Assembly (NCBI GenBank): GCA_963664195.1
Contig: OY760907.1
Coordinates: 2,560,001-2,624,000, forward strand
Direction of reading: 5' to 3'
Source of the DNA: an uncultured candidate division Zixibacteria bacterium
Lineage (GTDB): Bacteria > Zixibacteria > MSB-5A5 > GN15 > FEB-12
DNA length: 64,000 nt
The notes beneath the pieces were generated by a model. That model saw nothing but the letters and a program-made list of their open reading frames with translations. It made no database searches and had not been told where the DNA came from. Each line of letters begins with the position of its first letter. Position 1 is the first letter of the stretch. Positions 42,265-51,183 of the stretch are shown piece after piece. The position numbers were made by a program, and so were the translations under genes.

Positions 42265-43212
42265 ATGATCAAGAGAAGTCTTAGCCGTGTTATTATCGCT
42301 TGGGTTGTCATACTGCTCGTCGCAGCCTTCCTTGGTGATGTCTCGGTGGCGGCCTCCGATGTCGGTCGCACAGCGGCATCGTTTCTCCAGATAGGACATG
42401 GAGCTCGTGCTGCGGGCATGGGGGGCGCTTACACCGCTATTTCAGAGGGAGCCACGGCTGCCTACTGGAATCCTGCCGGTCTCACCGATCTGGAGGGATC
42501 CGAAGTATCTCTCGGGCATTTCTCGTGGTTCCAGGATATCAACGTTGAGCAAGCCAGCTTTGCCTTCCCGCTTGTTGACGGCAGCAGCGTGATGGCGGCC
42601 TCTATAACATATGTCGGCTACGGCACTATCGAAGGATACGATGTCGATGGTTCCTTCACCGGCGAGCTTTCTGCCTACGACTGGGCTGGCGCCCTGTCGC
42701 TGGGGTATAGTTTTACTGACGAGCTTTCCGGTGGTGTTACCGGCAAGTTCATTAATCAGAAGCTTGATGAGTTCAGCGCCTCTGCGTTCGCCGCCGACTT
42801 TGGTCTGAAATATCGATTCGAGAAGTTTTCGCTCGCGGCTGCGGTCGTCAATCTTGGTTCTGGTCTTGAGTTTGATATGCAGCGAGAGGATCTCCCCAGC
42901 GCGTTTCGTCTTGGCGTCTCCGGAACGCCGTTTCATGAGGGGCTTGTCACTTCTTTTGAGATCGAGAAGCGTTTCCACGGCGATTTCCTGATCCGTCAGG
43001 GTATTGAATTCGGCTTCTCAGATCGCTACTTCCTTCGCTCCGGTTACGACTATCTTCCGAGTCAGGACGGCCGGGACCTCTCCACCAGCATATCGGTGGG
43101 CGCAGGCCTGAACCTCGATTTCGCGAAATTCGACTACGCTTTCACTCTTGACGATAAGTCTACCTCAGAAGATCTGCACCGCTTTTCAGTGGTATTCGGC
43201 TTTGGTGAATAG
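42265..43212 (+). CDS. PorV/UPF0164-like outer-membrane beta-barrel protein
   Basis: Signal peptide; FLQIGHGARAAGMGGA...YWNPAGL; DYAF...HRFSV C-terminus. Confidence 0.88.
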   Translation: MIKRSLSRVIIAWVVILLVAAFLGDVSVAASDVGRTAASFLQIGHGARAAGMGGAYTAISEGATAAYWNPAGLTDLEGSEVSLGHFSWFQDINVEQASFAFPLVDGSSVMAASITYVGYGTIEGYDVDGSFTGELSAYDWAGALSLGYSFTDELSGGVTGKFINQKLDEFSASAFAADFGLKYRFEKFSLAAAVVNLGSGLEFDMQREDLPSAFRLGVSGTPFHEGLVTSFEIEKRFHGDFLIRQGIEFGFSDRYFLRSGYDYLPSQDGRDLSTSISVGAGLNLDFAKFDYAFTLDDKSTSEDLHRFSVVFGFGE

Positions 43213-43258
43213 TCCTTCCTAGCCGCTAGCGACACTATCTGTCAGTAATGAAATCTCA

Positions 43259-43299
43259 CGGGTAGTCGGGCCCCAGGCTCGACTACCCGGCTTCGTTTT
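43259..43299 (+). terminator. Probable intrinsic terminator
   Basis: CGGGTAGTCGGGCC-cca-GGCTCGACTACCCG hairpin followed by T-rich tail. Confidence 0.6.
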
Positions 43300-43516
43300 G
43301 CGTACCTGCCCTGCCATGTGCGCAAGTCTTTGCATTGAATTTGCCATTGATATGCATCAGTTCTGCCATTTTGAGAGAGCCTCACTTGATCTTAACTTAC
43401 TTCCTGTTCAATTCAAGGTCAGGTCGTGATTGTAAGTAATGTCATACCAATGGCTTACGGTCGCGCCCAAAAAAGGCATGTCAATCTGCCTCTGGAAACG
43501 ACCAGAAAGCGCCTTT

Positions 43517-43531
43517 CGGCAATCCGTTTGC
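43517..43531 (+). promoter_or_regulatory. Possible sigma54 promoter
   Basis: CGGCAA-tccgt-TTGC (GG-N10-GC) upstream of the sugar transferase. Confidence 0.45.
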
Positions 43532-43608
43532 TGATATGTCCCCCAATAGGACTGCAAGAGTACCACACACGAAGTCTAGCACATAAGAGATTTGACAGGT
43601 AATCGAGA

Positions 43609-44541
43609 ATGGGCGTAGAAAGCAACAGAATGAGCGTATCGGAGCCGAGTGCGATTGCTGCCAATTCCGCGGCGGTCGACTACGGTGTGGTTGAATCGTT
43701 CGCTGTTGGCGAGTCGCTGGGACTCTCCGGAGGCGAATCACTCAGTTGGTCCAAGAGGTTCAACTTTTTCCTTGGCGAGACAACCGGCATCCTGTTTATT
43801 GCGTTGTCGGCGTTGTATATATTTGTGATGCCCGCTGCCCTGGCTAAGCCGGGCGAAATCAGAATGGCGGGGAGGCGTTTTATAAAGAGAGTTCTTGACA
43901 TATTGGGTGCCGCCGTCGGTTTGGTACTCAGTGCTCCCATAATGCTCCTGGTTGGTCTGGCAGTGAAGCTGGATTCTCCCGGGCCGATGCTGTATTCTCA
44001 GGTTCGCGTGGGGGTCAATCGACGCAAGGGCAATCGCAGGTATTGTCAGCAGACGAACGTGGCCGATCGCCGTGGTCGTGAACGCCGTCGCGAGGATCAG
44101 CGGGGCAAACCTTTCCGCATCTACAAATTCCGCACGATGGTTCAGAACGCAGAGAAGAAGACTGGTCCGGTGTGGGCCACGCAGAATGATCCGCGCATTA
44201 CGCGTCTGGGACGATTCCTCCGCAAGACCCGTTTGGATGAGTTGCCGCAGTTCTGGAGCATTCTGGTCGGTGATATGTCCCTCGTGGGACCGCGTCCGGA
44301 ACGCCCGATGTTTGTCCGTGAACTCTGCGAGCAGGTCGAAGATTACCACCGTCGTCTTGAGGTCAAGCCGGGGTTGACCGGACTGGCGCAGATTGAAAAC
44401 GGCTATGATTCTTCCATCGCTTCGGTCAATCGTAAGGTCAAGTTCGACTTGGATTACATACGCGGTTGGACGCTTTGGTCCGACATTAGGATTTTGCTAA
44501 AGACTGTCATCGTGGTTTTCACGGGTAAGGGCGCTTGCTAA
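43609..44541 (+). CDS. Bacterial sugar transferase (monotopic phosphoglycosyl transferase, WcaJ/PglC-like)
   Basis: [43 protein letters not shown]. Confidence 0.95.
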   Translation: MGVESNRMSVSEPSAIAANSAAVDYGVVESFAVGESLGLSGGESLSWSKRFNFFLGETTGILFIALSALYIFVMPAALAKPGEIRMAGRRFIKRVLDILGAAVGLVLSAPIMLLVGLAVKLDSPGPMLYSQVRVGVNRRKGNRRYCQQTNVADRRGRERRREDQRGKPFRIYKFRTMVQNAEKKTGPVWATQNDPRITRLGRFLRKTRLDELPQFWSILVGDMSLVGPRPERPMFVRELCEQVEDYHRRLEVKPGLTGLAQIENGYDSSIASVNRKVKFDLDYIRGWTLWSDIRILLKTVIVVFTGKGAC

Positions 44542-44568
44542 GCGCTTCTGACAGATTGCAGACTTGAC

Positions 44569-44592
44569 AGGCCGCTTTCGAGCGGCCTTTTG
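44569..44592 (+). terminator. Intrinsic terminator
   Basis: AGGCCGCT-ttcg-AGCGGCCT followed by T tract. Confidence 0.75.
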
Positions 44593-44695
44593 TCATAAAT
44601 AAAGCCTTGTTTGGCGTTAACAATAATAGTATCGTTCCGACAATTACCGAAACTGAGAATAAGTTCCAAGTTTAACCGGTCAATAGAGTTAGATT

Positions 44696-45427
44696 GTGAA
44701 ACGGATTTTTGCAGCTCTGGTGCTGGCGCTTATGTTGCCGGCTATCGGCCATGCTCAGACGCAAGTCAACTATGGCCTGACAGTGAAGTCATCCCCGCCC
44801 GGTGCGGAAGTCATTCTTAAAGGAGAAACGCGTGTGACAGGCGTCACACCCACGACTTTCCGCTTTCCACTCGTCGGTGACTACAAGATAACGGTCAAAC
44901 GGAAAGGGTTTGAGAGCTATAAATCGCGTCTCACCCTCGATCCGTCGAGACCGACACAGCTCGACGTCGAGCTGGCGCACAAGACAGGTCTGAAGGCCGG
45001 AGTGCGTTCGTGGTTCATACCGGGATGGGGGCAGTTCTATAATGAGCAGAAGACGAAGGGGGTGGGGTTTGCGCTTCTCTTCGGAGGGGCGGTAGCGGCC
45101 TACTTCATCGCCGATCGCGATTTCGATGATAAAGAGGCCGAACTCAATCGTCTTCAGATCGAATATGATGATGCCGTCTCCACGGAAACCTACGCGCAGC
45201 TTAGCCGTCGGCTGGACATCATCAGGAGCGCCACAGAAGAGGCTTACGACGCCGAGGATGTTCGACGGGTAACGGTTGGTGCCGCTATCGGAATCTGGGG
45301 TCTGAACGTGCTTGATGCACTCTTGTTTTCGCCAAAAGAACATGCGGTAGTGACCGTTCAGGGCGTGTCCCTGACGCCGACCGCTAATGTCGAGGGAGTA
45401 GGACTCACTCTGTCGAGTTCCTTTTAG
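44696..45427 (+). CDS. PEGA-domain exported/membrane protein
   Basis: SSPPGAEV...GVTP...GDYKITVKRKGFE; RSWFIPGWGQFY motif. Confidence 0.85.
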   Translation: MKRIFAALVLALMLPAIGHAQTQVNYGLTVKSSPPGAEVILKGETRVTGVTPTTFRFPLVGDYKITVKRKGFESYKSRLTLDPSRPTQLDVELAHKTGLKAGVRSWFIPGWGQFYNEQKTKGVGFALLFGGAVAAYFIADRDFDDKEAELNRLQIEYDDAVSTETYAQLSRRLDIIRSATEEAYDAEDVRRVTVGAAIGIWGLNVLDALLFSPKEHAVVTVQGVSLTPTANVEGVGLTLSSSF

Positions 45428-45433
45428 TTAGCT

Positions 45434-46978
45434 ATGCAGATGCGAATCTATAAGTCGATTGCCGTGCTGATGCTGGTAGGCATCGCGCTGATCGCCGGCT
45501 GCGACCGGCACCTGGACTCCAGAGAACCTACCCGTTCATTACCGGATCAACTGGCCGCCCCGGTGAATCTTGTCGCGCAACTGAACGATCGCTCGGTCAC
45601 CCTCAGTTGGGAGATGACGAACCCGTCCGGCGTGAGCCGGTACCGCGTCTACCGGGCTGCGACCGGGGAAGATTTCATGCTTCAGGATTCGGCCACCGTT
45701 CTCACGGCCGCGCTGACCAGGCTGCCGTTGAACCAGTCGCTTCGTTTTCGCGTGGCCGCAGTCAACTCGTCCGGCATCGAGGGGAAACCCTCGGCCGAAA
45801 TAACGGTGACGGTCGGGCTTATTTCCATAGTGATTGAGAACAACGATAAGTTCACCGGTGACCGCTCTGTGAGCATTCGGCTCAACGCTCCCGGTAGTGC
45901 CGAGTATGTTTTGCTGTCGGAAGATTCCATGTTCAACGATGGCGCCGCGACTTTGCCGTACTCACCAACACGGACTTTCGAGCTTTCGCAGGGTGACGGT
46001 CTCAAAACCGTGTATGCCCGTTTTACTTTTGACGATGGTTCTGAATCCGGTGACGCAGTTTCTGACGATATCACGCTGGATACTGAAGTGCAGATAGAAT
46101 CGGTGACATACTCTCCTTCTGGTCAGACCTTTTTCACCGGTCAGACTATTTCGTTTTTTGTTGATGGCGGCGAAGTCGGTGGCGAGGCAACCGTTTCGTT
46201 TCCGGGCGCTGCGGAGATTCGATTAGCGGACAACGGCACCGGTGCCGACGTCACTGCTGCCGATGGCGTGTATTCGGCAGCTTATGTTGTCCCGGTTGGT
46301 CTGACAGTCAACAACGGGGCACTGTCAGGTCATTTCACCGATGCCGCCGGTAACGATGCCGTTACGGCCCTCTCAGCGCAAGCCCTTGATATCAAGGCTA
46401 CGCCGGTAGGAGTGCAGCTTACGCAGGCAGAGGCGATGTCGAGTTGGCAGGTAGACCTGCGTTGGTCAGAGTCGGCAAGTGAAGATTTTTCTTCGTATCG
46501 TCTTTACCGAGCCACTTCGTCAAGTGTGTCCGACGTCTCGGAGTTGCTGGCCTCCTTTGATGACAGTCGCACTGTGGCGTACACTGACACTACTCCCGAT
46601 GCTGCTACCGAGTATTTCTATCGAGTGTATGTGATAGATAATTCAGGGCTGCGGGCGGGCTCCAACGTCGACAGTGCCACAACTCCGGTCAACTCGCCGC
46701 CTGAGGGAGTCACCGTGGCCAGCAGCTTGGTGGACTCCACGACGGTGCTGCTTAGCTGGACCAGAAACAATGATGATGATTTCGAATCGTATCGGATTTA
46801 CCGCGATGACGCGGCAGGGATTTCGTTGGCTGATGACCTGATCGCTATCATAACCGAGCAGGGGACAACCACGAACACGCACTATCTGCCGTCGGGCGGT
46901 CCGTATTATTATCGCGTATTTGTGTTCGATCGACAGGGTTTGTCGACCTCGTCCTCAAATGAAGTTTCGGTACCGTAG
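45434..46978 (+). CDS. Fibronectin type III multi-domain lipoprotein
   Basis: Lipobox IAGC; repeated LSW...YRVYR...YRVYV modules; DNGTGADVTAADGVYS motif. Confidence 0.85.
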   Translation: MQMRIYKSIAVLMLVGIALIAGCDRHLDSREPTRSLPDQLAAPVNLVAQLNDRSVTLSWEMTNPSGVSRYRVYRAATGEDFMLQDSATVLTAALTRLPLNQSLRFRVAAVNSSGIEGKPSAEITVTVGLISIVIENNDKFTGDRSVSIRLNAPGSAEYVLLSEDSMFNDGAATLPYSPTRTFELSQGDGLKTVYARFTFDDGSESGDAVSDDITLDTEVQIESVTYSPSGQTFFTGQTISFFVDGGEVGGEATVSFPGAAEIRLADNGTGADVTAADGVYSAAYVVPVGLTVNNGALSGHFTDAAGNDAVTALSAQALDIKATPVGVQLTQAEAMSSWQVDLRWSESASEDFSSYRLYRATSSSVSDVSELLASFDDSRTVAYTDTTPDAATEYFYRVYVIDNSGLRAGSNVDSATTPVNSPPEGVTVASSLVDSTTVLLSWTRNNDDDFESYRIYRDDAAGISLADDLIAIITEQGTTTNTHYLPSGGPYYYRVFVFDRQGLSTSSSNEVSVP

Positions 46979-47025
46979 AACGTGCAGAACCGACAACGTT
47001 CTGCACCACTCATAAGGATTGATTC

Positions 47026-47883
47026 GTGAGGCTTATTGACCGGATAAACCAGTTCGTTCTGCTGTTCATAGACACGGTAAGACAATTCGGGATGTGGCGG
47101 GCCTGGGGACTACTTCTCGGGTACTTTCTGCTGAACTGGCTGCTCCTGTATTCTCATTACGAATTCGCTTCACCGATCTTCTACGGTGTCAGTACGTTCT
47201 GGATGAACCTGCTGTCTCATCTTGTCCCCGGTTATGGTCCTGATCAGATTGCGGCCTTCTCCCATTATCCGCAGCACCTGTTGTTCCTCGGGGATGTGTT
47301 CGGCTGGACCAAACTGATAGTCGGCTTGATTGTCGAGGGGCTTGTCCTCGGTGGTGTGGCATATCTGTTCGGTCAACGGTTTGTTCCGAATCCGCCGGCC
47401 GGTCGGAGATCGTTCGCCGCAACCTGGGTCAATCTCCTTATAGTATGGTTGGTTCTCAACTTGTTCACCGTTGCGGCCGGACTGCTCTTACCGCAGTGGC
47501 TGGAGCCGTTGCTGGACGGACCCCGGCGCGTTTTGGCGTTCAGTTTTGTTGGCATGCCGCTGGTATTCACGTTCATATTCGCCTTGTTTGTGTATGCCCT
47601 GCCGTCGGTGATTGTCAATCGAGAAAACGCCGTCAAGGCTGTTCTGCGATCGCTGAAAATGGCCGTGACTCGTCCCTTCACCAGTTTCTTTCTGGCCTTC
47701 GCAATCTTGTTCATCCCTTTGTTCTTGGGAACTCTTTCCGGGCGCCCGGCCGACATTATCGACAAGTTTCGACCGGATCTGATCTACTGGCTGCTGGTAG
47801 CCGGGCTGGCTGCTGAGATGATCGCGAATTTCTTTTGGATGGGTACCGCGGTCAGGTTCCTCTCTGAATCCGAAGAGCGCTAA
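47026..47883 (+). CDS. Hypothetical polytopic membrane protein
   Basis: About 6 hydrophobic segments; co-oriented with neighbours. Confidence 0.75.
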   Translation: MRLIDRINQFVLLFIDTVRQFGMWRAWGLLLGYFLLNWLLLYSHYEFASPIFYGVSTFWMNLLSHLVPGYGPDQIAAFSHYPQHLLFLGDVFGWTKLIVGLIVEGLVLGGVAYLFGQRFVPNPPAGRRSFAATWVNLLIVWLVLNLFTVAAGLLLPQWLEPLLDGPRRVLAFSFVGMPLVFTFIFALFVYALPSVIVNRENAVKAVLRSLKMAVTRPFTSFFLAFAILFIPLFLGTLSGRPADIIDKFRPDLIYWLLVAGLAAEMIANFFWMGTAVRFLSESEER

Positions 47884-48118
47884 GCAGCTCATAATTCCTC
47901 GTATTTGTATTATTTAGGAACCACTTAGGTTGTTGGACCGTTTTGTCCCGGTCTGTTCTTCGGTTACCCTCCGCGGTCCGGTCTCTGTCTGAGCCGACCA
48001 ATCGGCCGACGTAAATTCGATAGAATCCCCGCTTTTTCCGCGGCTAAATGCAATTTTCCCCTACAAAAACTTTGGCAACCGCCGATAACAAAAGCATACA
48101 GCTAAGGACAGCTATTAG

Positions 48119-49555
48119 ATGATGAAAAACATATTATTGGTTGACGACGACAAGGACGTGTCCCAGTCGCTTGCTAACCTCTTTGATTCGAACAAGTATC
48201 GCTTCGAGTTTATGGAGGACGGCATAGGGGTGAGGGATTACATCAGTGATAACCGGGACGTAGATCTGGTTATGCTCGATGTCAACCTGCCCACACTATC
48301 CGGACTAGAGGTACTCAAGCAGATTCGCAGCATAAGTGATGATCTGCCGGTTATCATGATCTCTGGATTCGTTTCGACGGAAAACGCGATTGAGGCGATG
48401 CGCGAAGGAGCGTACGAGTACCTTACGAAGCCGTTTGAAATCGATCGCTTGATCGAGACGGTAAACAAGGCGTGTGGGTTTAATGCAACATCAGTCATGC
48501 CGTCGGCCGCTGAGATACAGGAGGTCCCGAGCGACCTTCAGGTCGATGAGATAGTCGGCAGATCCCCGGAGATTGTCGAGATCGCCAAGCTGATCGGGCA
48601 GGTGGCCAAGACCGACGCGGCCGTGTTGATTTTCGGTGAATCCGGTACCGGCAAGGAGCTGGTTTCCCGGGCGATCCATCGCAACTCAAGCCGCCGCAGT
48701 CACGCATTCCTTTCTGTCAATTGTGCCGCCCTCCCAGAGACACTTCTCGAATCCGAATTGTTCGGTCACGAGAAGGGCGCTTTCACGGGCGCCTATTATA
48801 AGAGAATCGGTAAATTCGAGCAGGCCGACTCCGGTACGCTTTTCCTCGACGAAATCGGCGACATGACCATGCTGACCCAGTCCAAGCTCCTTCGCGTGCT
48901 CCAGGACAAGCGGTTTGAACGTGTCGGTGGTAACGAGACGATCAAGTCCGACGTCCGTATCATTGCGGCGACCAACAAGTCGCTGGTGCAGGCGATGAAG
49001 GACGGGTCGTTTAGAGTAGACCTCTTCTACCGACTCAAAGTGGTCTCGGTGTTCATACCACCGCTCAGGGATCGCCGTGGCGATATCCCGCTGCTCATCG
49101 AGCATTTCGTCGACAAGTTCGCGCGCCAGTTATCGCTGCCCCGGAGACAGGTGTCGAAGAAGGCTATGGCGCTGCTCAACAAGCACGTCTGGCCGGGCAA
49201 TGTCCGTGAACTTGAGAACAACGTGCACACCGCCATGGTCATGTCCAAGAACGATCAGCTTCAGCCGGATGATTTTCCGTCGCTGACCGAGGACAACCCC
49301 AGGGTAGAGCTTGACCTCTCTGTCCTGCAGGATGACTACACTGAAACGTTCAAGAAGATCGTCGACCCGATTATGCCGCAGTTGATTGCCAACTCATCGG
49401 GGCAGATTTACCACTTCCTCGAATCGGCGTTGGAACGGGCCGTTATCTCGTCCTGTCTGCGTCAGTTCAACGGCAATCAGGTCAAGACTTCTGAGACGCT
49501 CGGTATTTCCCGCAATACGCTTCGTGATCGCATCTCAAAGTACGGCCTCTACTAG
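48119..49555 (+). CDS. sigma54-dependent response regulator (NtrC family)
   Basis: REC (LLVDDD, LDVNLP, KPF); AAA+ GESGTGKE, GAFTGA, FLDEIG; C-terminal Fis HTH. Confidence 0.96.
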   Translation: MMKNILLVDDDKDVSQSLANLFDSNKYRFEFMEDGIGVRDYISDNRDVDLVMLDVNLPTLSGLEVLKQIRSISDDLPVIMISGFVSTENAIEAMREGAYEYLTKPFEIDRLIETVNKACGFNATSVMPSAAEIQEVPSDLQVDEIVGRSPEIVEIAKLIGQVAKTDAAVLIFGESGTGKELVSRAIHRNSSRRSHAFLSVNCAALPETLLESELFGHEKGAFTGAYYKRIGKFEQADSGTLFLDEIGDMTMLTQSKLLRVLQDKRFERVGGNETIKSDVRIIAATNKSLVQAMKDGSFRVDLFYRLKVVSVFIPPLRDRRGDIPLLIEHFVDKFARQLSLPRRQVSKKAMALLNKHVWPGNVRELENNVHTAMVMSKNDQLQPDDFPSLTEDNPRVELDLSVLQDDYTETFKKIVDPIMPQLIANSSGQIYHFLESALERAVISSCLRQFNGNQVKTSETLGISRNTLRDRISKYGLY

Positions 49556-49633
49556 CCGTAACAGCATTTCTCTCTAGCATATGTTGTAGGTTTGTGATTC
49601 CCCGACAAGGGTGAATCCTGTATATTTCTCTGC

Positions 49634-50749
49634 ATGAAGATATGTCATTTAGCCGATACACATCTCGGAGCGGGGGAGAACCATCCGCGTCGCGGTACCA
49701 CCGGATTGACAGAGCGTCAGGAAGATATCATCAACAGTTTTGTCGAAGCCGTTGACAAGATCATCGAAATCAAACCGGATGTCTGCATTCATGCCGGTGA
49801 TCTCTTTCATACGGTGCGCCCGCTCAATCGAATCCTTGCGATTGCCGCCGAGCAGCTCCATCGACTGGCAGCCGAGAACGGTATTCCCACAGTAATCATC
49901 GCCGGTAATCATGACGCTCCCAAACAACCACACATTGGGGCGGCGCTCGAGGTCTATTATCAGATCGATAATCTGTATGTGGCGGCATCGGGGAAGCTTG
50001 AGAGATTCGATATCGAGGGCACAAGTTTCTTCGCCCTGCCTCATTGCCTGACCAGTGACGTTCTCAGACAGCAGCTTGCGCTGTGTGTGCCCGATTCTGA
50101 GGCGGAGCACAACGTGTTGATTCTCCACGGTGTGGCGGCCGGTATGCCGGAGTTTTCAATGGTTGACCTTGGCGAACAGGAACTGCCACTGGAGGCGATG
50201 GAACCGTTTGACTATACGGCGCTGGGGCATTTTCACAACTACTGTCAGGTAGGAAGGCGCGCCTGGTATGCCGGTTCGACCGAGAGATTATCACAGTCGG
50301 AACGTGAGGCGGCAAAAGGCTTCCTGACGGTTGATCTGGATCCCTTCAAGGTGGCGTTCCATGAGGTTGCCGCGAGGGAGATGGTGGATATTCAGACCAT
50401 CAGCGCGGCAGGAAAACGAGGTGATCAACTCGTCGCTGAGATCAGGGAGAAACTGGACACACTTGACAGCTCGGATAAGATTGTGCGTGTGAAGGTCGAG
50501 GGCGTTTCTCCTGAAACGCTCAGGACGTTGCCGAGTGAGACGCTGGCTGAGTTGAAGCAGAAATCGTACGCACTTGACATCCGGTTCCAGAAGGAAAAGG
50601 ATGAGGAAGGGGAGACGCAGTTCGGGCAGTCTGCGATCGGGCAGTTGGATCAGGAGTTTGCGAAGTATCTGGAGATGCAGACGCTTGACGGTTTTGACCG
50701 TGACCGGCTCATTCGTGAGGCGGCACGGTATCTGAAGACGGAAGAGTAG
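49634..50749 (+). CDS. sbcD: SbcD/Mre11-family nuclease subunit
   Basis: HLADTHLG, AGDLFH, AGNHD, ALGHFH, YAGSTER. Confidence 0.85.
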   Translation: MKICHLADTHLGAGENHPRRGTTGLTERQEDIINSFVEAVDKIIEIKPDVCIHAGDLFHTVRPLNRILAIAAEQLHRLAAENGIPTVIIAGNHDAPKQPHIGAALEVYYQIDNLYVAASGKLERFDIEGTSFFALPHCLTSDVLRQQLALCVPDSEAEHNVLILHGVAAGMPEFSMVDLGEQELPLEAMEPFDYTALGHFHNYCQVGRRAWYAGSTERLSQSEREAAKGFLTVDLDPFKVAFHEVAAREMVDIQTISAAGKRGDQLVAEIREKLDTLDSSDKIVRVKVEGVSPETLRTLPSETLAELKQKSYALDIRFQKEKDEEGETQFGQSAIGQLDQEFAKYLEMQTLDGFDRDRLIREAARYLKTEE

Positions 50750-50794
50750 GGGGGGCTTGCAGGTTGAAACCTCCGCGGTTTGGACGGTCTTATT

Positions 50795-50885
50795 GTAGGG
50801 AAGGTCTGTCCGCTGACCTGCCGGAAGGATCGAACCCGGAGGGTTCGACGCGTGATTGGCGGATCAAGAACACACTCCGGCCCAC
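50795..50885. repeat. Inverted, diverged copy of the 92-bp GTAG REPIN-like element
   Basis: GTAGGGAAGGTCTGTC...GACCTGCCGGAAGG...GGTTCGAC...GTGATTGGC matches reverse complement of 31870-31961. Confidence 0.8.
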
Positions 50886-50929
50886 CGCCACTAGTGGCCT
50901 CAGGCCACCCCTCTCAAGAGGGGACGAAG

Positions 50930-50963
50930 ATTCTGTGGGCAGCAGACGCCTCGTCTGCCCCAG
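50930..50963. repeat. Short palindromic REP-like repeat (copy of 34071-34105)
   Basis: ATTCTGTGGGCAGCAGACGCCTCGTCTGCCCCAG. Confidence 0.75.
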
Positions 50964-51183
50964 TCGTGGGTCGGTGTTCCGAGGTGACAAGGATTGTGCC
51001 CGACGGGTGGCCGGTTCAAACTTGTTTGGACCGGATGGAGTCCCGTAGACATCTTCTCGTGAGGGAAAACACCCTCAAGCTCCGAACGAGCATTGTGGTC
51101 GAGAGACTGTCGAAGCGCTTGAGATTGGCACCCGCAGGCCGAGACTTTGTGGTTGCGACATACTTCCCAATTCCTATCGCCCC

